NCBI GenBank assembly: GCA_965213705.1
Contig: OZ243913.1
Coordinates: forward strand, 2,496,001-2,560,000
Source of the DNA: Trueperaceae bacterium
GTDB taxonomy: Bacteria > Deinococcota > Deinococci > Deinococcales > Trueperaceae
Direction of reading: 5' to 3'
Length of the DNA: 64,000 bases
The notes below the pieces were generated by a model. It was given only the letters and a program-made list of their open reading frames with translations, was not told the origin of the DNA and ran no database searches. The position numbers and the translations under genes were made by a program. Every line of letters begins with the position of its first letter. Position 1 is the first letter of the stretch. Shown here in pieces: positions 9,126-18,285 of this stretch.

Positions 9126-10115
9126 TTACGGCAAATAGCTCAGCGGGTCGACGGTTTGACCCTGGTCGTGAACCTCGAAGTGCAGGTGCGGTCCGGTAGA
9201 CAAACCCGTAGAGCCGACCAACCCGAGCGCGTCGCCCTGCTCGACCCGCTGCCCGACCGCCACCCCGATTTTGCTGAAGTGCGCGTACCAGGTTTCCGCG
9301 CCGCCCGCGTGGCGCAGCTTGACCAAGTTCCCGTACCCCTGGCTGGACCAGCCCGCGTAGACTACCACGCCGCTGCGCGCCGCCGTAATCGGCGTGCCGA
9401 AGGGCGCGGCAATGTCGATGGCGCGGTGAAAACTCGCCGTGCCCAGCCCCAAGTTACGCCGTCCAAAGTACGAGGTGATGCGGCCGTGGAGCGGCCACAG
9501 GTAGGTGTTTTCCTCCTCGCGCACCTGCGCCAAACGTTCCAGCGCGGCCTCGGGTTTGACGCCCGGCAAAAAGAGCAGCGTGCCCGGCGTCAGGTCGCCG
9601 GGCGAGGTGAGTTTGTTTACCTTGACAACGCTCAAGGGACTCACGTCGTAAGCGGCCAGCGTGGCGAGCAAGTCTTCTCCTTCTTGCAGGGTGACGACCA
9701 ACCCTGCGCTCGGCGGGATGAGCAGTTCGATACCCGCGGGCAAACGGTCAAGCGAGGACAGGTCGGGGTTGGCCCCGATGAGGGCCTCGAGCGACAAACC
9801 GTAGCGGCTCGCCAAAGTGGACAACGACTCACCCTCTCGAAGCGTGTGCGTCGTGAACCCCGGCGGCGGCTTCGGCGCGACCTCGGCCACCCCGCCCGTC
9901 GCCTCGCCGTAAGGAATTTTCAAGACGTCGCCCGGTTGCAGCAGTTCGCTCGTCAGGCCGTTGTAACTCAGCAGGGCGTCGACCGGCAGGTGGTAAAGCT
10001 GGGCAATCGCGCCCAAAGAATCGCCCGGTTGCACCACGCGCAACGCGTAACCGCCCGCCCAGGCGAACCCCGCCGACAAACCGACAACCAGCACCAGAAC
10101 GACCTTGACACGCAC
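9126..10115 (-). CDS. LysM-repeat M23 metallopeptidase
   Basis: LysM repeats; HRAID, YAH and STGPHLHFEV motifs; signal peptide. Confidence 0.92.
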   Translation of the reverse strand: MRVKVVLVLVVGLSAGFAWAGGYALRVVQPGDSLGAIAQLYHLPVDALLSYNGLTSELLQPGDVLKIPYGEATGGVAEVAPKPPPGFTTHTLREGESLSTLASRYGLSLEALIGANPDLSSLDRLPAGIELLIPPSAGLVVTLQEGEDLLATLAAYDVSPLSVVKVNKLTSPGDLTPGTLLFLPGVKPEAALERLAQVREEENTYLWPLHGRITSYFGRRNLGLGTASFHRAIDIAAPFGTPITAARSGVVVYAGWSSQGYGNLVKLRHAGGAETWYAHFSKIGVAVGQRVEQGDALGLVGSTGLSTGPHLHFEVHDQGQTVDPLSYLP

Positions 10116-10237
10116 GTCGACCCCAAACGAGTGTGAAATTTGCCCCACGCTATTAGAACAAGGCCGTCTGAGATAAAAGTGAGGGGCGAGCTTGCTCACG
10201 GACGCCGGTCTCGAGCCCGCGCCAAAATCCCCAGCCC

Positions 10238-10264
10238 AAAAAGGCCGCCCCCGAAAAGGGGGCA
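10238..10264 (-). terminator. rho-independent terminator
   Basis: On the minus strand gccccc-tttt-c-gggggc followed by a T-run, after the mutase small subunit. Confidence 0.55.
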
Positions 10265-10318
10265 GGGTCAAAAACCGTTCAGTTCAGTGTGTTTGGCAAA
10301 ATGCTTGTGGGCTTTTCC

Positions 10319-10720
10319 TCAAACCACGCGCACGGTTTCTTTGAGGTACTGCACCACGTCCTGGGTGTTCGCGCCCGGCGTGAAGATGGTGCCGACGCCC
10401 ATCTCTTTGAGCTTGGGCAAGTCCTGGTCGGGGACGATGCCGCCGCCGAACAGCAGGATGTCTTCGGCCCCGCGCGCTTTCAGCCCGTCGGTGACTTCGC
10501 GGAAGTAGTGCATGTGTGCGCCGGACAAAATCGACAGGCCGACGGCGTCGACGTCTTCTTGCACGGCGGCGTTGACAATCATTTCGGCGGTCTGGCGCAG
10601 GCCGGTGTAGATGACTTCGATGCCGGCGTCGCGCAGGGCTCGAGCAATGACCTTGGCCCCGCGGTCGTGGCCGTCGAGCCCTGGTTTGGCGATGAGTACA
10701 CGAATCTTACGCTGTTCCAT
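10319..10720 (-). CDS. methylmalonyl-CoA mutase small (cobalamin-binding) subunit
   Basis: [31 protein letters not shown]. Confidence 0.95.
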   Translation of the reverse strand: MEQRKIRVLIAKPGLDGHDRGAKVIARALRDAGIEVIYTGLRQTAEMIVNAAVQEDVDAVGLSILSGAHMHYFREVTDGLKARGAEDILLFGGGIVPDQDLPKLKEMGVGTIFTPGANTQDVVQYLKETVRVV

Positions 10721-10900
10721 AACGCCATCATAGCGCAAGTACGCACTAAAGCGGTTACCATGCTTCGTTCAGCGGCGCGATAACGAAACAAGTTCAGGGG
10801 CGCTGAATGTGGGGTTACATTTGATATGTTTCAAGTCCCTTTTAGACTTTGAACAAGACTATTCAGCGTCCCTTTCAGCGCCTGGTCAAACTGCCCAACA

Positions 10901-11164
10901 CTACTTGTACTGCCGAATAATCTTGTCATAACCATCGTGAGCTCCGATGTAGAACCAAATATAAGCGTCTTCGCGCTTAACTGCTAGAACCCTACAGTCA
11001 TCGTTGACCCTTGCTGACCAGAGTTTGCCAACAGGCTTGAAGCGTAAGGAGGGATGCTGAGGATTTTGTCGGAGTAATCGGTACTGCTTACGTACTAGAC
11101 GCTGAAGGTCGGGAGAAAGCCCTTTATACAGCTTCCAAAACGTCCTGGTTACACGATGCTTCAA
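10901..11164 (-). CDS. RelE/ParE-superfamily toxin
   Basis: FWKLY..L...L..NPQHPSLRFK...WSARV...R.....WFYIG.H..YD; basic, 87 aa. Confidence 0.8.
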   Translation of the reverse strand: MKHRVTRTFWKLYKGLSPDLQRLVRKQYRLLRQNPQHPSLRFKPVGKLWSARVNDDCRVLAVKREDAYIWFYIGAHDGYDKIIRQYK

Positions 11165-11366
11165 GTTCTATCGTCTCTCCCGCGTCGTCTTCCGCGATAA
11201 CAGCGGCGATGAGTTTGTCGAACTTGCCAGCTTTTACATCTGCACGTAGCTGTTTTTCAAAGTCGTCATCATCTTGCTCGAGCCACCCCAGCAGCGCCTC
11301 GAGCTTTTCTCGGGGCTGCTGATGGAGCAAGTCGCTAATCGTTTCCAGTGTCTCCTGGCGTGTCAT
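11124..11366 (-). CDS. putative antitoxin
   Basis: Acidic 80 aa, overlaps the toxin gene; FEKQL.AD..AGK.DKL motif; TAAAAT-N6-ATG promoter. Confidence 0.75.
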   Translation of the reverse strand: MTRQETLETISDLLHQQPREKLEALLGWLEQDDDDFEKQLRADVKAGKFDKLIAAVIAEDDAGETIELEASCNQDVLEAV

Positions 11367-11397
11367 AGCTGAATTTTAGCACGCGAAGACGGTAGTC

Positions 11398-11455
11398 ACA
11401 TAACGGCCAAATTCAGCCGCCGCTGAAAGCGGTTGGCTGGAATAAATTGTTAGGT
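11398..11455 (-). mobile_element. integron attC site (59-base element), isolated
   Basis: Minus strand ACCTAAC-aatttattccagccaaccgctttcagcggcggctgaatttggcc-GTTATGT: R'' and R' cores, inner inverted repeat, and upstream stop codon inside R''. Confidence 0.75.
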
Positions 11456-11584
11456 CGCAACACGACGCGCGGCCTCAACAGCAACAAGGAACTGCTCTTT
11501 GTCGCGTGGAGAGATCATGAGCGAGCGGTCGTGGCCGTCCAAGCCCGGTTTGGCGATGAGTACGCGGATTTTGCGCTGTTTTAT
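11452..11584 (-). pseudogene. chimeric remnant: first 20 codons of the mutase small subunit fused to the 3' end of a cassette gene
   Basis: Translates (ATA)[43 protein letters not shown]. Confidence 0.75.
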
Positions 11585-11886
11585 AGCGTTACTATACCGC
11601 AGGCGCACGCTCTAACGGTTGCCCAATCCCGTTCGGCGTCGCACAAGTGATTTAGCGGCTGTAACTCAGCGGCGCTAAAGGTGTGTAGGTTGGTTTGTAT
11701 GATACCAACTCCTATCCTAGAAATTTGTTCGTAAAACAGTAGCTAAGACTTTTCAGCAAAACCAAGGATGACTCTTTTTTCTATACTCCAATGTTCAAAT
11801 ACTTCCTCTTGCAAATAATGCCAAGTCCAACCCTGACCCAACAGTTCTTTTGGGTAGTGGTTTAGCAAAGACTGATAAGCTAAGGA

Positions 11887-12165
11887 ATGGTCACCAAAGT
11901 TGTACGTTGCTGCCACTGCGAGAGCGAAGAGCTTGTCAAGAACGGTCATGCACCAAACGGCAAGCAAAAGTACCTGTGTCGAGCGTGCGGCAAGTCCAGT
12001 CGCGAGAACGCGAGCACTAAAGGGTACAGCGAAGCGAAGAAAGATGAGATACTGAAGTCGTATCAGGAGCGCTCTAGTATGCGTGGGCTGACCAGAACAT
12101 TCGGCGTGTCCCGCACCACAATAGCGAAATGGCTCAAAAAAAGCCGCGACGACACCGCCGCTTAG
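11887..12165 (+). CDS. insA: IS1 InsA (zinc finger + HTH)
   Basis: CCHC...KNG...GKQKYLCRACG; HTH; A7G slippery site at 12136-12143. Confidence 0.9.
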   Translation: MVTKVVRCCHCESEELVKNGHAPNGKQKYLCRACGKSSRENASTKGYSEAKKDEILKSYQERSSMRGLTRTFGVSRTTIAKWLKKSRDDTAA

Positions 12166-12199
12166 CGCCACACTAGTTACGCCCGAGAACCCTGAAGCG

Positions 12200-12616
12200 G
12201 TGCAACTCGAACTCGACGAGATGTGGTCATTTGTTCGATGTAGACGTAACAAACGGTGGGCCTGGATAGCGCTTTGTAAGCAGACACGCCAGGTGGTCGC
12301 TTGTGTTGTAGGTGGACGTGGCATTGCTACTTGTCAAAAACTTTGGCGTAACATCCCAGATGCTTATAAACAAGGCACGGTGTTTAGTGACTTCTGGGAA
12401 GCTTATCAGGCCGTCGTTCCCGATGAACAGCATCAAGCTGTTGGTAAAGACTCAGGGCTTACAGCACACGTCGAGCGCTTTAACAATACTATCCGCCAAC
12501 GCCTAGCGCGCTTTGTCAGAAAGACCTTATCCTTCTCCAAGTCCGAACACATGCACCTCATTTGCTTGCATCTGTTCTTGGTCCGCTACAATCTTGAGCG
12601 TGCTGCTGTCAGTTGA
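12200..12616 (+). CDS. insB: IS1 InsB DDE domain (expressed by -1 frameshift)
   Basis: ELDEMWSFV, SDFWEAY, VERFNNT.RQRLAR.VRKTLSFSK. Confidence 0.9.
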   Translation: MQLELDEMWSFVRCRRNKRWAWIALCKQTRQVVACVVGGRGIATCQKLWRNIPDAYKQGTVFSDFWEAYQAVVPDEQHQAVGKDSGLTAHVERFNNTIRQRLARFVRKTLSFSKSEHMHLICLHLFLVRYNLERAAVS

Positions 12617-13307
12617 TGGTGGGCCACTACCTTCTTTTGCAAGTTTAGTAGTGTAGAACAAAAAAGTGCGGTTCATATCATTTGGCAAATTCCAAAAGTT
12701 AGGTTCAATCTCTACTGCATCTGTATAGTCATATTGCAAGCCTAATTCTCGGTGTGTATCACTATTGACTAAAAACAATAACTGACCCTCGGGTTTTAAC
12801 ACCCGCCTGATTTCACAAAACATTTTGCTTGCATGTTCAGTATTTAGGTAATGCAGTGCAAAGCGAGAAAGCACCAAAGCAAAAGTTTCATCATCAAATG
12901 GAAGAGGTTCACCAAAGTCATGCTGTTTAGTTTCAAACCCATATGTCTCGTTAACAAAATCGACAGCCTTTTGCTCTAAATCAAGACCATAAGGTGTAAA
13001 GCCGAGTTCTGAGCAACGCAGCATATCAGCTCCCATGCCACAACCTAAGTCCAGCATGTTGCCCTGTTCTTTTTGGAAGGTTGGAATGAAGCGATTCATC
13101 CACATTGTACCTTCAAGCTGTTTTGCAATGTCTACACCGTTGTTTTCCAAACTTTGATAAATGTTTTGCCACTTTCCCATAAATAATATCCTTTCCGGTC
13201 AACTCCTGAAAGAACTGACCCAAGCGAGCAGTCCTGAACCGCAAGCGCGACCATAATTCCCCTTTCATAAACGATGTCCGGCGCGGGGTGCAGAGCCCGC
13301 TGGACAT

Positions 13308-14954
13308 TCAAATCAGCACCGGCTCCTCGTAGACTCCGTAAACCTCGCGCAGCACGTCCATCTGTTCGCCGAGCGTCGCGTAGGCGTGGGCGCAGGCCAT
13401 GAATGCGGGCATGGTGTTGGCGTCGTTTCTGGCGGCGGTTTTCAGGGCTTCCAAAGCGCTCGCCACCGCCGCGTCGTCCCGCTCGGCGCGCACCTTCGCC
13501 AACCTCTCGGCCTGCACCCGCTCGACCGCCGGGTCGATGGGTTCGATGGGCACTTCGGCCGATTCGCCCGCAAAGGCGTTCACCCCAACGACGAGGCGTT
13601 CTTTCGAGTCGATTTCGCGCTGCTGCTGGTACGAGGCGTCGCCGATTTCCTGGGCAAAAAAGCCCGCGTCGATGGCCTTTTCCACGCCGCCGAGCGCGTC
13701 GATTTGGTCGAAGTAGGCGAGGCACTGCCGCTCCATCTCATCGGTGAGGGATTCTAAGAAATACGAGCCCGCCAGCGGGTCGACCGTGTTGGCGACGCCC
13801 GTCTCGTAAGCGACGACCTGCTGCGTGCGCAGCGCAATCGTCGCCGCTTCTTCGCTGGGCAGCGCTAAAGCTTCGTCGTAAGCGTCGGTGTGGAGGCTGT
13901 TCGTCCCGGCCAGTACCCCAGCGAGGGCTTGGATGGCGACTCGAGCGATGTTGACCAAGGGCTGCTGCGCCGTGAGGGCTACCCCGGCCGTTTGCGCGTG
14001 GGTTCGCAGCATCCACGACTTCGGGTTTTTTGCGCCGTAAACATAGCGCATCTGGTGCGCCCAAATGCGCCGCGCCGCCCGGAACTTGGCGATTTCCTCG
14101 AAAAAGTCGTTGTGAACGTTGAAGAAAAAGCTGATGCGCGGCGCGAACTCGTCGATGTCGAGGCCACGCTCCAAAGCCTTGCGCACATAGTGAATTCCGT
14201 CAGCCAGCGTAAAGGCGAGTTCCTGCACCGCCGTCGAGCCCGCCTCGCGGATGTGGTAGCCCGACACGCTGATGAAGTTCCACCTCGGCACGTGCTTCGG
14301 CCCCCACTCGAAGGTGTCGATGACGAGCTTCACGCTCGGCGCGGGTGGGTAGATGTACTCTTTTTGGGCGATGAACTCTTTCAGAATATCGTTCTGAATC
14401 GTCCCGCCGACTTTTTTGAGGTCCGCGCCCTTTTTCTCGGCCATCGCCAAGTACATCGCCCAAACGGCGTTCGCGGGGCTGTTAATTGTCATCGAGGTGG
14501 TGACTTTTTCGGGGTCGATGCCGTCGAACAGGGTTTCCATGTCCGCCAAGGACGTGACCGCCACCCCGCACTTGCCGACCTCGCCTTTGGAAAACGGGTG
14601 GTCGGAGTCGTAGCCCATGAGGGTGGGCAAGTCAAAGGCGGTCGAAAGGCCGTCCTGACCGGCTTCCAGCAACTTCTTAAAGCGAGTGTTCGTCTGCTCG
14701 GCGCTGCCCATCCCGGCGAACTGCCGCATCGTCCAGAGTTTGCCGCGGTACATGCTCGCCTGCACGCCGCGCGTGTACGGGTACTCACCGGGATAACCAA
14801 GCTTTTCTTTTGCGTCGAAGTCTTTGACATCATTCTGCGTGTAAACCGGGGCGACTTCGATGTCGGAAAGCGTGCGAAACGGGTAGTCGCGCTCGCCGAA
14901 GCGTTCGGTCGCTTTTGGGTAGTCCTGCTCGAGCCAAGCCTGTTTGTCTTTCAT
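13308..14954 (-). CDS. methylmalonyl-CoA mutase large (catalytic) subunit
   Basis: [40 protein letters not shown]. Confidence 0.96.
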   Translation of the reverse strand: MKDKQAWLEQDYPKATERFGERDYPFRTLSDIEVAPVYTQNDVKDFDAKEKLGYPGEYPYTRGVQASMYRGKLWTMRQFAGMGSAEQTNTRFKKLLEAGQDGLSTAFDLPTLMGYDSDHPFSKGEVGKCGVAVTSLADMETLFDGIDPEKVTTSMTINSPANAVWAMYLAMAEKKGADLKKVGGTIQNDILKEFIAQKEYIYPPAPSVKLVIDTFEWGPKHVPRWNFISVSGYHIREAGSTAVQELAFTLADGIHYVRKALERGLDIDEFAPRISFFFNVHNDFFEEIAKFRAARRIWAHQMRYVYGAKNPKSWMLRTHAQTAGVALTAQQPLVNIARVAIQALAGVLAGTNSLHTDAYDEALALPSEEAATIALRTQQVVAYETGVANTVDPLAGSYFLESLTDEMERQCLAYFDQIDALGGVEKAIDAGFFAQEIGDASYQQQREIDSKERLVVGVNAFAGESAEVPIEPIDPAVERVQAERLAKVRAERDDAAVASALEALKTAARNDANTMPAFMACAHAYATLGEQMDVLREVYGVYEEPVLI

Positions 14955-15075
14955 AACGCTATTATAGAGGTTCGGGGTAAGAGTTTGGGGCTTTGTACCC
15001 CGTTGAGGCTTGATTCGGAGCGTAACTTAACTTACCTCGACATGCTATAACTAAACCACTCAGGAGTTCTGTTCA

Positions 15076-15273
15076 GTGGGCGAAAACAAGCGGTTGCGCA
15101 AACAAATCGACAGCCTCACGAAGCAAGTTGACAAGCATCACCTAAAAATTGCCGACGAACTTCGTAAAGCTCAACCCAACCGAGCTTACATCGGAGGATG
15201 GAAAAAGGAAATTCAAGAATGGCAAACGCAGATAGACAAAAAGCAGGAGCGGCTGGCGCGCAAGCGGCGCTGA
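15076..15273 (+). CDS. small basic coiled-coil protein (putative toxin)
   Basis: AGGAG SD; TATAAC -10; 65 aa, K/R-rich, WKKEI motif. Confidence 0.7.
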   Translation: MGENKRLRKQIDSLTKQVDKHHLKIADELRKAQPNRAYIGGWKKEIQEWQTQIDKKQERLARKRR

Positions 15274-15515
15274 GCTATCCGGTGCTGACGCTGCCCGGCG
15301 CAGTAGGCAATCTGTTTTGGCGAGAGTTGGCCGAAGAAGCTAATGTCTACGCTGAACTGTTGCAGCGGCTCGAGCACACCCCGCCGGACGCCCCGGAACG
15401 AGAAGCCCTGGAAGACGAAATCGTCGCCTCTTTAGCCCACTTGGCAACTCACAGCGCCGTGCTCTACAAATCTGTCGATAAAGCTATCGAGGCCGAAGAC
15501 GACGCGAGTTCATAA
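15219..15515 (+). CDS. small acidic helical protein (putative antitoxin)
   Basis: Overlaps the upstream ORF; ELAEEA...E....SL.HL..HS pattern; start uncertain. Confidence 0.65.
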   Translation: MANADRQKAGAAGAQAALSYPVLTLPGAVGNLFWRELAEEANVYAELLQRLEHTPPDAPEREALEDEIVASLAHLATHSAVLYKSVDKAIEAEDDASS

Positions 15516-15929
15516 GCGCTCGAGCCCTTTGGGCAAAACCCCCTCCGAACCCTCGGGCGTCCACAAGCCGCTACTTATGAGTTCAGCAGACTCCAACCGC
15601 ACACGGTTCAAAAACAGGTAAACCCATACCGCCACATCTCCCGGCTGGCTAATCGCCTGGACCCGCTCGTACTCGGGTGGGAGAAGGTGGAGGCCCTCGA
15701 GCCGGTCGAGCGTTTTCAGCGCCGCCCCGATGTCGTCGTAAGTGTAGCGCCAGCCGTGTACGCAGCCCGCGCCCCTGACCAGCGCCGGATAGTTTTCGGG
15801 GCTCAGGTGGTAGAGGGCAAAACTCTCGAGACATGCCTCTTCTTCGGCAAAAGCGCCCGCCTGCTCGGCCAGGTAGCGGTAACGCAAGCCAGGTTTCAGG
15901 GTGCCGTAGACGAAGACGGAAGTGGTCAT
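15510..15929 (-). CDS. gamma-glutamylcyclotransferase (AIG2-like)
   Basis: VFVYGTLK.G, YPAL, LDRLEG, VWVY. Confidence 0.9.
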   Translation of the reverse strand: MTTSVFVYGTLKPGLRYRYLAEQAGAFAEEEACLESFALYHLSPENYPALVRGAGCVHGWRYTYDDIGAALKTLDRLEGLHLLPPEYERVQAISQPGDVAVWVYLFLNRVRLESAELISSGLWTPEGSEGVLPKGLERL

Positions 15930-15938
15930 GGCAAGAAG

Positions 15939-16121
15939 TCAACTCTCATCAGTAAGCATTTTGATGATGTGTTTGGCAAGACGCTCGTTGACTTCGCGGT
16001 GTCTTGGTACAGGCTGAGACACCTTAGTCCGAGGATTTTGATACCAGTCGTGATTACCGCCGTGACGGACGAACTCACAGCCCATATCTTGCAAACGTTT
16101 GATGAGGTCGCGCTGCTTCAC
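15939..16121 (-). CDS. hicA: HicA toxin
   Basis: RHGGNHDWY.NP....QPVPRHREV. Confidence 0.92.
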   Translation of the reverse strand: MKQRDLIKRLQDMGCEFVRHGGNHDWYQNPRTKVSQPVPRHREVNERLAKHIIKMLTDES

Positions 16122-16306
16122 GCAACGTCGAGTTCGGCTATGCGCCGCACGTAAGGGACAGCACCACTACTCAAATCTTTGAAAATGTCGATAAGGTTGG
16201 TGCGCAATTCCTGCTCACTTTCTCCCTGCGTCCAATAATCCGGGTACTCTTCCAAGTAACCCAACCACATACCGCCGTCTTGCCAGTAGACGTATTTTTG
16301 CTTCAT
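16118..16306 (-). CDS. hicB: short HicB antitoxin (no DNA-binding domain; hicB-hicA order)
   Basis: WLGYLEEYPDYWTQGES..EL..NL. Confidence 0.9.
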   Translation of the reverse strand: MKQKYVYWQDGGMWLGYLEEYPDYWTQGESEQELRTNLIDIFKDLSSGAVPYVRRIAELDVA

Positions 16307-16348
16307 AAACACATTCTAGCCGAACCAGCGCACCCTCGAGTTCGGTTT

Positions 16349-17056
16349 TTACGTTCCCAAAGTCACCAAGCAGAGCGGAAACTCCCTCATGCCGTCAATC
16401 TGCAACAGCCGCGCCAACTCGTCGTCGTAAAACTCGGCGCGGAAGGACGCGACCAAGTCGAGGGCGACCGCCGCCATGACCGCGCACTGCGCCGAGCCGC
16501 CCGCCTCTAAGTAGAGATAGCGGTAAGCGCGGCTTTTGACGCCGTCTTCCAGTCGGTTCGGCGCGCCCGTGTAGGCGATGATGGCGGCGCAGGCGTCGAT
16601 GTCGGTGCCGAGGAGGGCGTCCTGGAGGTTCACGCTCGGGTCGCCGCGCTCTAAAAACTCCAGGCTGTGGTCGCGCGGGTTGTAGTGGTACAACCCCGGA
16701 AACATGTCCTGCACTTGCCGCACGACGAGGTAAGTTTCCAAACCCGAAACCGGCCCGGTGTTGACGTAGGTACGCTGGCCGCCGTAGGTAAAGCCGCCCG
16801 TGCTCCAGAGAATTTGGGATAATTCTTTCTGCCGAATCTGGCCGCCCTCGGGAATTTGCGGGCGTTTTTGCGACAGCGCGGCCCACACGCCCTTGCCGCC
16901 TTGCAGGTCGGGGACGGGCAGGGCGGCGACCTCGAGCGGGTTGGCATAGACCTTTAAGACCGGCGCGAGCCGACCTGTGGTGCTCGGCAGTTGGCCGCGG
17001 CGGTACTTGGTCTGGGTTTGGAACTGCCCGCCGATGCTTTTGTCTTCCTTGGGCAC
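16349..17056 (-). CDS. SagB/ThcOx-family nitroreductase-like dehydrogenase
   Basis: GLYHYNP..HSL, RAYRYLYLEAG..AQ, FYDDEL..LL.IDG; GGAGG before GTG. Confidence 0.85.
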   Translation of the reverse strand: MPKEDKSIGGQFQTQTKYRRGQLPSTTGRLAPVLKVYANPLEVAALPVPDLQGGKGVWAALSQKRPQIPEGGQIRQKELSQILWSTGGFTYGGQRTYVNTGPVSGLETYLVVRQVQDMFPGLYHYNPRDHSLEFLERGDPSVNLQDALLGTDIDACAAIIAYTGAPNRLEDGVKSRAYRYLYLEAGGSAQCAVMAAVALDLVASFRAEFYDDELARLLQIDGMREFPLCLVTLGT

Positions 17057-17180
17057 GGGTCCTCCGGGACTAAAGTCTATCATCCCCCAGTGGGTGCGAG
17101 GGAAGAGGAAGGAGTCGAAAACGTGCAAGATGTCGTGACCAGAGCCTTTTATAAAAACTCGAGCTGCTAGCCTACCTCCC

Positions 17181-18143
17181 GTGACGCCCCGTTTGCTCGA
17201 GTGGTTCGCCCGCGTCAAACGCGACCTTCCCTGGCGGCGTGAGCGCAGCCCCTACCGCGTTTGGGTTTCCGAAATTATGCTGCAACAAACGCAAGTTGCG
17301 ACGGTCGTCCCGTACTTCGAGCGGTGGCTGGCGCGCTTTCCCGACGTGCGAAGCCTCGCCGCCGCGCCGGTAGACGACGTGCTCAAACTGTGGGAGGGCC
17401 TGGGCTACTACCGCCGCGCCCGCAACCTGCACAGGGCCGCGCAAATTGTCGCTTTCGAACGTGAGGGCGTTTTTCCGACAACGTACGAGGCCTGGCTCGG
17501 TCTGCCCGGCGTCGGGCCGTACACGGCGGCGGCGGTCGCCTCCATTGTCGACGGTGAGGGCATCGTCGCGGTCGACGGCAACGTGAAGCGCGTGGCGGCG
17601 CGGGTGTTCGGACTCGTCGGCGTGGTCAATGAGAAAGAGGTACGGCGGCTGTTCACGCCGTACCTCCCGGAAAACCCCGGCGACTTCAACGAAGCGCTGA
17701 TGGAACTCGGCGCGACCGTCTGCACTCCCCGAAACCCGGCCTGCGAAGCGTGTCCCCTGACGAACACCTGCACCGCCTTTCAGGAAAACCGCGTCGCCGA
17801 ACTGCCGACGCCCAAACCAAAACGCGCCCAACCCCACCGCGAACGCTACGCCGTGGTCGACGTTAAAAACGGGTCAGTGTGGCTACGCCAACGCACGCCC
17901 GAAGAAATGCTGCCCGGTTTGTGGGGTTTCGTGTTGACGGAGGAAGAACCCAGCGGTGAGACCTTGCCCGCCGCCGAGCACGTTTACACCCACTTCAGCA
18001 CTCGAGTCACCCCCGTTTTGACGCCACACGGCAAGCACGAGGGGGGTTACGTGAAAAGCGGTGAACTCGAGACGCTCGCCCTGTCGACGCTCGACCACAA
18101 AATTTTGAACATTTTGCGCGCGGCGCAACTTCTGCCGGAGTAG
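17181..18143 (+). CDS. mutY: A/G-specific adenine glycosylase
   Basis: RDLPWR, WVSEIMLQQTQV, WEGLGYY.RARNL, HhH-GPD, C-x6-C-x2-C-x5-C. Confidence 0.95.
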   Translation: MTPRLLEWFARVKRDLPWRRERSPYRVWVSEIMLQQTQVATVVPYFERWLARFPDVRSLAAAPVDDVLKLWEGLGYYRRARNLHRAAQIVAFEREGVFPTTYEAWLGLPGVGPYTAAAVASIVDGEGIVAVDGNVKRVAARVFGLVGVVNEKEVRRLFTPYLPENPGDFNEALMELGATVCTPRNPACEACPLTNTCTAFQENRVAELPTPKPKRAQPHRERYAVVDVKNGSVWLRQRTPEEMLPGLWGFVLTEEEPSGETLPAAEHVYTHFSTRVTPVLTPHGKHEGGYVKSGELETLALSTLDHKILNILRAAQLLPE

Positions 18144-18285
18144 TCGGTTGCCCGAGTAGTTAGTTACAGAAGTAACTGACTGCCCGAGTAGCTGGGCGCG
18201 GCACCGTACGACCCCACGCAGCCTTATATTTGCACACAACCCTTACAGAACCCGTTGAATTTCGCGGTTTCGGCCCCGGTTTGGC

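Larger units (their letters stand above)
11853..12631 (+). mobile_element. IS1-family insertion sequence
   Basis: Ends GGTAGTGG / CCACTACC; 8-bp target duplication TTCTTTTG at 11845-11852 and 12632-12639. Confidence 0.95.
11743..13180 (-). pseudogene. class I SAM-dependent methyltransferase interrupted by IS1
   Basis: LDLGCGMG and LKPEG motifs; ...TTKLAKE [IS] KELLGQGW...EKS* rejoins in frame; low GC. Confidence 0.88.

Noticed and set aside
10796..10873. Second attC closing the TA pair (inverted repeat aggggcgctgaat / attcagcgtccct)
   Set aside because: Lacks properly placed AAC/GTT cores; more likely a MITE remnant or terminator
13890..15050. 386-aa plus-strand ORF (and similar long ORFs at 9156-10136, 32854-33831, 39970-41259, 50855-51877)
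   Set aside because: Antisense or off-frame shadows of well-supported genes, expected in high-GC DNA; no motifs
14955..15075. Cobalamin riboswitch upstream of the mutase
   Set aside because: The gene appears leaderless (TATAAT 6 nt before ATG) and no B12-box is visible
16349..17056. SagB-like gene as part of a RiPP cluster
   Set aside because: No YcaO, precursor peptide or transporter nearby; stand-alone nitroreductase-like gene
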